Of a stretch of DNA of 64,000 nt, positions 25,101-64,000 are shown one piece after another. How positions within the stretch are numbered: the stretch's first letter is position 1; each line of letters starts with the position of its first letter. Where the stretch lies: the NCBI GenBank assembly GCA_051362555.1, contig CM120643.1, positions 20,650,848 through 20,714,847 on the forward strand, read 5' to 3'. This DNA comes from Lingula anatina. Taxonomy: Eukaryota > Animalia > Brachiopoda. The notes below the pieces were generated by a model. That model saw nothing but the letters and a program-made list of their open reading frames with translations. It was not told where the DNA came from and ran no database searches. A program made the position numbers and the translations under genes.

Positions 25101-28100
25101 GACACCACACAGACTTAACCAATAATATTATTGGAAAGTGTTACCCTTCAGGTCATCTTTCATCTCCATGAATTTGGGGTCAATCGGTGCGTTTTCACGG
25201 GAGTAGCGGCCATAAGATACCGAAACTGAAAACTGTCTCTAATTCGGGAACCGTTAATGCTAGAGACCCATTCTTTTTTGCATTTTGTAGAGCATGTAAA
25301 GCCCAACAGTGGGGGTGGTCTCGGTTTTTTTGTATTCCATACGGTTTTCGAGTTACGCTGTATCAAAAAGTACATATTGGTGGTAAAAGCAAAATGTACG
25401 GTAATGGATAATAAATTTTGAACTCTGGAAAAATAAAACATAAGGCTTGGCAAAGCAGACAATTTGTGTTCTAAAATGACATTATTTCATCAAATTTGAA
25501 CTTCTGAAACTTCAGAGCACCTCCTATTTCAAGAATTTTGACCAAAATGACATTTTCTTTATTTTAATTAATTTTTTCTGTACGAAATTTAAGGCACGTT
25601 ATGGTAACTCCAAAATTATAACATCTAGTCCCTTATATCTCCAAAACTGGCAGAGATAGGTCCATAGTTACTATTGAACTTGAATAGGAAGTCATATACT
25701 GGCAATCTAAATGTGACCTTGAAATTGACCTTTGACCTACTTTTCACCATGAACTGAACTTTGCAAATTTTTCTTCCCTTTTATCTCCGAAACTGGCAGA
25801 GATAGGTCCATAGTTACTATTGAACTTGAATAGGAAGTCATATACTGGCAATCTAAATGTGACCTTAAAATTGACCTTTGACCTACTTTACACCATGAAC
25901 TGAATTTTGCAAATTTTGCTTTCCTTTTATCTCCAAAACTGGCAGAGATAGGTCCGTAGTTACTATTGAACTTGAATAGGAAGTCATATACTGGCAATCT
26001 ATATGTGACATTAAAATTGACCTTTGACGTACTTTTCACCATAAACTGAACTTTTCAAAATTTGCTTCCCTTTTATCTCCAAAACTGGCAGAGATAGGTC
26101 CATAGTTACTATTGAACTTGAATAGGAAGTCATATACTGGCAATCTAAATGTGACCTTAAAATTGACCTTTGACCTACTTTACACCATGAACTGAATTTT
26201 GCAAATTTTGCTTTCCTTTTATCTCCAAAACTGGCTGAGATAGTTCCGTAGTTACTATTGAACTTGAATAGGAAGTCATATACTGGCAATCTAAATGTGA
26301 CCTTAAAATTGACCTTTGACCTACTTTTCACCATAAACTGAACTTTGCAAATTTTGCTTCCCTTTTATCTCCAAAACTGGCAGAGATAGGTCCATAGTTA
26401 CTATTGAACTTGAAAAGGAAGTCATATACTGGCAATCTAAATGTGACCTTGAAATTGACCTTTGACCTACTTTTCACCATAAACTGAACTTTGCAAACTT
26501 TTCTTCCCTTTTATCTCCAAAACTGGCAGAGATAGGTCCATAGTTACTATTGAACTTGAAAAGGAAGTCATATACTGGCAATCTAAATGTGACCTTAAAA
26601 TTGACCTTGACCTACTTTACACCATGAACTGAATTTTGCAAATTTTGCTTCCCTTTTATCTCCAAAACTGGCTGAGATAGGTCCATAGTTACTATTGAAC
26701 TTGAAAAGGAAGTCATATACTGCCAATCTAAATGTGACCTTAAAATTGACCTTTGACCTACTTTACACCATGAACTGAATTTTGCAAATTTTGCTTCCCT
26801 TTTATCTCCAAAACTGGCTGAGATAGGTCCATAGTTACTATTGAACTTGAAAAGGAAGTCATATACTGGCAATCTAAATGTGACCTTAAAATTGACCTTT
26901 GACCTACTTTACACCATGAACTGAATTTTGCAAATTTTGCTTTCCTTTTATCTCCAAAACTGGCTGAGATAGGTCCGTAGTTACTATTGAACTTGAATAG
27001 GAAGTCATATACTGGCATTATAAATGTGACATTAAAATTGACCTTTGTCCTACTTTTCACCATAAACTGAACTTTGCAAATTTTGCTTCCCTTTTATTTC
27101 CAAAACTGGCAGAGATAGGTCCATAGTTACTATTGAACTTGAATAGAAAGTCATATACTGGCAATCTAAATGTGACCTTGAAATTGACCTTTGACCTACT
27201 TTTCACCATGAACTGAATTTTGCAAATTTTGCTTCCCTTTTATCTCCAAAACTGGATTCAAGTCATATACTGGCAATTTACTGTGACCTTGAAATTGACC
27301 CTTGACCTACCTTACGAAGAATTTAAATTTGATTGTACCATATATATTTTTTGCAATAGTTTAAAAATTCTTGTTGATTGCATTTTTACAGCTTGTCAAG
27401 CACAAAACTGGTGGCTGTGTCCCTTATTTTGTGTATGTGGGGGTCTATACGAATGCGCTTGCTCCAGCTGGTGGTACAATATTTGGAGGCGGTATCGCCT
27501 CTCTGATCCTCTAGTTTTTGATCTTTTCAAAGAATAGGATTCAGACTATATTTTACACCTTTTTATATTTACAAGACATACGTTTTTTAATGCAGATTAA
27601 AACTAGTTTGAAACTTAATCAACTTTTAATTTATTGAAAATCTGACCATAATACTTAATACATTTTGATTTTCAGGGAGTAAATTTCTCATAGAGAATGC
27701 TATAGAAGAACAAGGCCTGTCAGCCAAATCAGTAGACTTATCTAACAAAGAATTAACCACCCTCCGTCACACTGAGTACATGTGTACAGCAGAGCGTATA
27801 GACCTGTCAAATAACAAACTTTCCAGCCTCCCTGGCTGTGAGAGCTTTCAATGTGCTAAGATGCTGAAACTAAAAGGAAACCAGCTGAAGAGTTGTGAGA
27901 AAATGGAGTGCCTCCCTCTGCTTGAGGATCTGTCTCTTACAGATAATTGTATCCTTTCAATAAAAAAATATATAATATGATATTGAAAGTATCTAGGAAA
28001 GGGATGGGGTGAAGTGTGCTTTTATTGAAATCTGATATTTGGTATCCTATGGTAAATATAGTGACAGTTTGCCTGTGCATATTAAGCCTAGGTTTACATA

Positions 28101-28694
28101 ATTATACAGAAGGTATTGAGAGTGACACTTTATGGCATCAAGAAATCGGGGAAATGATAGCTGAGAAATACATGCAGCAACAATATCCCCCAAGTACAGT
28201 TACACGTGTGACTTGGGGAATTTGTTTAGTACTATTTTTTATGTCCTCTAAGCAGACTAGAATTGATTCCACAAAGCAAACTGAACTTACAGACTTAAAC
28301 TTTAGGCTACTTTGACCGTAAATAAATTGGTACTTATCCACTTGTTAACTGAAATATGAATCCATTTTAATATAAAGAAATGGCTCATGCTTTAGACCCA
28401 TTTTATTTTAGCAGACTCTTTTTGTTTTGGAATACACAAAATGTTTGGTCTTGAAGGTAACATCAACTTTTTGTTGCGACTGTTTCTGAAATGGACCCCA
28501 GAATTAAAAAAAAACATTAGTTTCTGTTCCTTAACTTGCTTCCAGCCATCTCAACCATGGAAGGACTGCAGCCTTTGACCTTGTGTTCGAAACTTAAGAA
28601 GCTGAACATCATGGGCAACCCTCTTTGTGAACAGGACGATTTTGTGGAGGAACTGAGAAATATGTTGCCCAATTTAGATACTTTAATCACGTAA
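19200..28694 (+). CDS. RABGGTA: Rab geranylgeranyltransferase type II alpha subunit (prenyltransferase repeats, Ig-like insert, C-terminal LRR)
   Basis: 13 exons: 19200-19202 (ATG only), 19427-19537, 19897-20021, 20724-20911, 21359-21556, 21912-21995, 22168-22250, 22824-22922, 23474-23616, 24048-24136, 24386-24514, 27676-27948, 28546-28694. Motifs [88 protein letters not shown]. Confidence 0.96.
22404..22472. repeat. Perfect 34-bp inverted repeat with 1-nt spacer
   Basis: TTCAACTTTTATCTCCTACATTTTTCTCAGGAGA-A-TCTCCTGAGAAAAATGTAGGAGATAAAAGTTGAA in a RABGGTA intron. Confidence 0.95.
22923..23473 (+). other. U12-type (minor spliceosome) GT-AG intron in RABGGTA
   Basis: Donor GTATCCTTG; branch site TTCCTTGAC (23459-23467) ending 6 nt before the intron end; no polypyrimidine tract; flanking exons in frame. 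Confidence 0.9.
24643..27516 (+). mobile_element. ~2.9-kb non-autonomous Helentron/DINE-1-like element with internal satellite, in a RABGGTA intron
   Basis: Perfect 14-bp subterminal inverted repeats ATTGTACCACCAGC (24643-24656) and GCTGGTGGTACAAT (27467-27480); 5' stem-loop CCAGCGTTAGCGCTGG; CCGG-rich microsatellite-like tract ~24685-24750; 3' hairpin GAGGCG-GTAT-CGCCTC (27486-27501) then CTAGTTTTT; central tandem array. Confidence 0.85.
25633..27310. repeat. 146-bp tandem satellite (~11.5 copies) inside the Helentron-like element
   Basis: Register marker AT(C/T)TCC recurs at 25637, 25783, 25929, 26075, 26221, 26367, 26513, 26658, 26804, 26950, 27096, 27242; units near-identical. Confidence 0.97.
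27949..28545 (+). other. Second U12-type GT-AG intron in RABGGTA
   Basis: Donor GTATCCTTT; branch site TTCCTTAAC (28527-28535) ending 10 nt before the intron end; last exon in frame. Confidence 0.92.
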
Positions 28695-29594
28695 AAACAA
28701 GCAATGTTTAATGTATGATTGTCAGTAAATGTTTGTATGGTGTTTGATTCATGCCAAGTACTGAATATGCCTGTTAAACATTATTATGTGGAATGTAATG
28801 GTAAATTTAATAGATCTTTCAAAATTTTGCAGTCAATTGGGAATGTGACAGGCGTCTTAAGTTAAAAGCTTTCATCTGTGAAATTTCCTGTAATATTATT
28901 AATAATTATGAATAAATTAAATACAAAATCATGATCATGATTATGACATCAAGCTATAGAAATAAATGTTTCCCCAATTTGAAGACACTGACTCAGTGGA
29001 TATGCATAACCATTTTATTGCCAAAAGTAAAAAAAATATTATCACAAATATCACAAGCTTTTTATACCCTGAATTTCTTTCAATGTACAATTTGTGACTT
29101 GTGCAAAGTAATGATATTAAATAAAATACTGAACATATCTACACACTACAACACTTCTCTGACTAAGTACATAAAATAAAAATGCATTCCATTAACACAT
29201 ATTTGCATAAGCATATTACATAATTTTGCTGTAGAAAATGACAAGTATTATTCAAAGTTTAAGCACATTTCTCTTAATTTCAGGCCATTCTATTCTATAG
29301 CTTTCTGATTTGAGTTTATGTGAACTGATGAAATGACTGAACAACAATGCCATTAAAAATTAAGATTCATAAGATTCTGCAATGTTTAAAAAATCTATAA
29401 AACTCTTTCCTGCAAAAAAAAAAAAAAAAAAAAAACTTGGCGCCAAAAGAAATGGCGCCATTCTGATTCATAACAAGACGGCTGCCCAAATCTGGGTCTG
29501 TGTTTATAAGTCTTGTTTGTTGCTTTGGTAGACACATCATGGATATCATGCTGATTTGGTTTTAGACAAATCTGTAACAAAATGGCTGGCCATC

Positions 29595-59218
<29,624 letters not shown>

Positions 59219-59963
59219 GCTATATAATGCGGATTATAAATCTTCACTCCTTTCTTTCTTCATTAAAGAAGATGGGGCTGTTGGCATCTGAATAACACAA
59301 TAAAGACATAAAATCTACACGCTCATAATGATGTGCAAACACAAGATCCCAAAGATCTCAGCTTTCACTCAAAGTCTGCAGAGGTGGGGTTCATTTATTT
59401 GGGGAGCACACTATATTTGCGGGGATCTATAGATCTTATTCATGCTTAAAGTTCAGTTGTGCAGGGACTAAAATATAGTGAATATCTGGTTTACAAATTT
59501 AATGCCGAATAACTACATGTATATGTAAAGACGTACTGCTTCAATGTTCAACACAGCTTAATTCTTAAACTCTAGTCCCACGATCATGGACACGTATATA
59601 TGTTGACCATGCTATATACAGTACCAGATATACAGTATATAAAACCGATTAAAAACGAAATTAGCAATTTTCGCGGCAACATCTTGACCGACGCTGCAAA
59701 ACCGAACACATGTCTTTGAAATATACCAGACTAGTCAGGACCTTGCCTATTTTCAAATCTCCTGGAACAGAAATCCCACATCTTCAGAGGACTGTTTCGC
59801 ATCTCCGACACATGTAAAATTGAAGTGTCTGAGTACGCATATAAGTGAAATATTGCTCACAAATCCACTGCTGGAGATACGAGCATTTGCTCGCACGATA
59901 GAAATGAAATTTCTAGGTCAGTTGTGCTAATAATAACTTGACCTAATTACGTAGATAGTAAAG
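59219..59963. promoter_or_regulatory. Divergent promoter and 5' UTR region shared by TDRD12 and MPHOSPH6
   Basis: 745 bp between divergent ATGs; local CpG enrichment ~59640-59950; GTACGCAT (59833-59840) also occurs in the OTUD6B/RABGGTA promoter; YY1-like AAGATGGCAG over the MPHOSPH6 ATG. Confidence 0.6.
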
Positions 59964-62173
59964 ATGGCAGGTCCACATGGGTCTTCCTCGAAGACCAAGC
60001 TTTCAAAGAATTTACTTCAGATGAAGGTATTTTCATTGCGATAATTATAATGATTAACAACATCTTAATAGACAGGCTATTTCTGAATTGTTCATACTCG
60101 ATAGAAATATCTTAAACTTACAGCATGTGCGCACCCCGTGTTAACCTTCAACCATGAACATTTGTACATGTAAGCAACACGATCACGGCCAGCGTATTAT
60201 GTTACTAGTCATGATATAGCTATAGATACATGTAAGTTATTATACTGGTGTTATAACTTTACCTAAATATGCACTATTTATTGATTACTTCGGTCTAATT
60301 GATTTTAATTTTGTCACAGTTTATGAAAAGATGCACAGTTAAAGCAGAACAAGTACAGAATGAAGAGGAAAGACAGCGAGTCATTGATGATGAGCACTGG
60401 GTTCTAGACATACCAGAACTCAAACAGAAAGAGTAAGTGAAGACAGGCATCCGTGCTCATGCCTGCAAATACACTTTTTAGAGAGAAGCTGTACAGATCA
60501 GGCAAAGGACCCAACCCCCTCCCCTCCGTTGTTTCAACCACATTATAGTTATGAGCACAAAACTATGGAGTGCCAAGCAGAATTTCCTAGTTCCAATCAT
60601 GAATTTTCATTTCTGAACGGTTACCCCCCCCCCCCCCCCCCACACTTAATTTTTTCCCAATGCACCAGGCACAGAATAGAATATCGCTCTTATGATTAAA
60701 ATTACCCTTATATAGTTACCTTCAGTTCTGCAATGTGAAGTTGCCTTTGTATGGCAAATATAATGTACTGTACAATTTGATTTCTAAGTTGAACTGACCC
60801 CATGGTACTGGTTAATAAGTTTATGAAAGAGTATGATGTGACCTGACAGGCTGTGAAAGAAATGTTAAAGTGCAAATTACAAAATTAATTAGATCTGTCA
60901 CCATGCGCCTGTCATTTGTATGATGCACTTTTCTTGCATCATTTTACCTTATTTACAGAAATAACTTTGTCACGGAACCAAGCCTAGTACCAATAGAAGA
61001 CTTAAAATTTGGTAGAATGTCATTCAAAGGGTTTAATCCAGAATTAGAAGTAAGTAGCATAAAAACAGTTTATGATAGGATGTTGGAAGGGCAACAAAAA
61101 GGATGCCTAAGGTACCTCAATCTGTGACATTAACATTGGCCTATGGCAAATACCAGTTAAATTAAAGCCAGCTGGGTCAGTGAAATTTTGCAATTTTTAA
61201 TCAGTTACTGGCCACTGTTTTATGCTTTGGATGAGTAGATTCTTAGACCTTGCTTGCCCAAGGGACCAATAGACTTTTTTTCCCCACTCATATTGGTATT
61301 TGGAGTCCTACAATCACATCATATAGAACTCCCCCATTCACATTTCCCATATATAACCTCAAAATCTTCAGAAATTTGTAAATTAAAAGCTTAAAACACT
61401 TAAGGTCAATATTTTTCTCATTTCTGCCTTATGTTGTTGTTTGTAGAAGTTAGTGAAGAGGCTAGAGACAGAAGGAGAGCTGGCAGCTTCAGAAGAGAGA
61501 GAAAAAATTAACAGTGTGGATGATGAAGAAATGGCAAATAGGTCAGTGGCAGTATATTGCTTGTGATACACCAGTTATATGAAGAACGTTTATTGGAGCA
61601 AATACACCATAGAGATGGTGATGACGTAGTACATAAAGTAAATCTAAGATTGCTACTCGTACATGAAAACATAAATATAAAATAGAAATATACTTCATTC
61701 TTCACATTATTATGTTACTATGGTAAGAATGTATGTGTATGTGTAGTTACTTAAGGTTAGTTTGACCATACTATAAGTGTTACTGGATGTTATAATCAGC
61801 ATAGACATATATAAATGTTTACATATTTTATACTGTATAATGTGGGCAGTGATTATGGATAATTCTTACAGTATGATATTTCCTCACATTTTTGGACTTG
61901 AGAAAAATGGAAAAAATCTTAGTTTGTACCTTTAAAAGGGTATACTTTAGAAGCATACAATTTTTGCGAGCAAGTGAAAAAGTTTGAATTTTTCCTCTAT
62001 TTATTTTTGTCTTCATTTTCTCTTACAGATATGAATCGCTTGTGGGTACAATAGCAAAAAAATTTACCAAAAAGCGTCAAAGATCATCAGCAAAAGATGA
62101 TGAACAAGAGGAAAGAGACTCTGTAAAAAGAAAAAAGAGTAAAAAAGAATTCATGAAACCCAGTGATGACTGA
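59964..62173 (+). CDS. MPHOSPH6: M-phase phosphoprotein 6 (MPP6, nuclear exosome cofactor)
   Basis: 5 exons: 59964-60026, 60320-60432, 60959-61049, 61447-61541, 62029-62173. KLSKNLLQMKFMKR, DEHWVLD, FGRMSFKGFNPELEKL, YESLVGTIAKKF, ending FMKPSDD*. Confidence 0.95.
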
Positions 62174-64000
62174 GATACATGCGGTTTTTCCAACAAGTTA
62201 GTTATAAAAATGGGGTCTAACTGTCAAAACAGCCAAACTGTCAAAATGCTAGGTCCGCCATATTTTAACCCAGAAGGATATAGCAGGCACAATCCTAGGA
62301 GCCTCCAAATGGTGAATCTCTTAAAATATGGGTCCTGTTTGATGAAATGTCCTTTTGATATAAAAAGATGCCTGCCTTACTTCTTTATTGGGAATATGGT
62401 CTTTAAACCAAGCAGAAAAAATAATTTAAGATTTCCTTTTATGATTGTGACCCTCAGTGGCAACATTGGACCATTTTAGTTGGTGTATGCTGTACATGTT
62501 GTATAAAACGGCGTTTTATTGAGGGACATTTGTTCTCATTATATGAGACCAATTTGCAATTTGCAGTAGCTTTCATATAGTGGGCTGTTGCTTAGCTAAC
62601 AAATTACTTTGTGTAATACTGTACTGATGGCTGCATAAAAGTGACAGCTACAGTAAAGAAGAGAATTCTGGATCTAATCCCTAGGTGTGAAAATTTGTCA
62701 AAAACTGTAATTGCACTAAACTTTTTAGTGATGACTGAGGGAGCGGTTTGTTTCTTTCTCTCACTTTCTGTTCCACATTTGCTGGCATACCAAATGAGAT
62801 TTATAACAGTTATTTAGATGCAATAAGCAACTTATTCTTTACGGGATATTTATACATTGTCAAATAATATGGTACAATATCATTATGTTACCATGAAAGA
62901 TTTACCATTATTTGCCCTGTTATACATGTACCACGTGTAGTTTGTCAGGATAGTGTTCAACTGGAATTATATACTGATAGTTGTTTCACAGTGTCATGCT
63001 CTAGATCAGTGAATGGACAGAATAAGGTTTTGTCTTTCTGTGTTGATAAATGTTGAAAATTTTTGGATACTGTAACTCCTTCAGTGTAGCAGGAAAACCG
63101 CATAGTAATGCACTCCAAGAGTGAAAAAGTCATGAAATTCTATACATTTGGCTACGTTTGTTCATGTTTTGGTTCATAAATTGCTGATTCAGAAGCTGCT
63201 TTACAGGCAGTGTTGGATTAACGTGGGGAAATGAGGGTTGATGGCATGGCGCTTTCTAAAATTTAGATAAATCTTTTTAACACTTGTGTATTACCATCTC
63301 TTTGAGACTACCAAGCAACCAACTGCAAACAGTTGAATACTAAAATATGATTGATCGGAAAACTTACGTAAGTAAACAAGAGGTTATTTGAACCTCGATG
63401 TTTGTTGGGGGAGGGGGATGACCCCCCTGAACATCAAATCATCGGGAATGTGAATATTGAGCATGTCGGTTATGGTGTTAACCCAATAAATTCAAACCGC
63501 TCGACCAATCGATTTGCCTATATATGTAAGCTATTTATATGATATATAAATCAGATCAAAGTCGTATTTAAACTCAAGATTTTATATTGAATGAATGAAT
63601 GACTTTTGCAACCGATGTGGTCACTTGTCCCATTTTGAACATTGTTCAGGTAAAAGTACTGTCACACTCGTATCGTACAGCACTATGTTTCGTTATACCG
63701 ACGTCGTTTACGTCTCGAGTACGCAGGCAAACGGTGTACCCAGTACTTTCGCATATATAGGAAGAAAATATTTTGAGTAAACTCAAAAACAATTTCACGC
63801 GTTGCTGATATGTTCATTTTCACATGCTGAAAAAAAAGGTGATTTCATACGCATTGCCTCTTATTAATCCAGAATAATACTAATGGCAATCCTGAATTCC
63901 GTTCTTCAGAAATAGCAGGGTGATATGCAGCTTTATGTCGGAGAAAACTTGTTAAATTTTCATTTCTTTTTAAGATAAGATAAGAGTTTATTTAGCCAAT

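Noticed and set aside
25160-27537. ORFs within the 146-bp array and its flanks
   Set aside because: Open frames produced by tandem repeats; no Rep/helicase or transposase motifs.
29437-29460. Tandem TGGCGCCA palindromes (E2F-like) in the convergent 3' region
   Set aside because: Short, not near a plausible promoter, and compatible with chance.
63300-64000. CpG-richer terminal segment as the start of another gene or element
   Set aside because: No convincing ORF, exon or terminal repeat inside the window.

Overview
AT-rich, intron-dense animal genomic DNA, probably an invertebrate (lophotrochozoan-like; inferred, not shown). Six protein-coding genes were reconstructed by hand from splice sites and translation: (1) the 3' 13 coding exons of an SLC6 monoamine transporter (DAT/NET/octopamine-transporter-like, +; first exon(s) upstream of the window); (2) OTUD6B (-), head-to-head with (3) RABGGTA (+, two U12 introns); (4) a ~30-kb TDRD12-like piRNA factor (-) with three extended Tudor domains, a 2.08-kb disordered exon, a degenerate DEAD-box core, about six ARM repeats and a CS/p23 domain; (5) an intronless class A GPCR with no DRY motif and a repetitive tail, nested antisense in a TDRD12 intron; (6) MPHOSPH6 (+), head-to-head with TDRD12. 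Mobile DNA: a TTAA-flanked Kolobok-like element with a frameshifted THAP ORF and two Helentron/DINE-1-like elements, one carrying a 146-bp satellite. The most striking unexplained pattern is local copying of exon ends and splice sites into neighbouring introns, seen at six sites in three genes, including an array of 19 copies of one exon end plus donor. No database searches or alignments were run.
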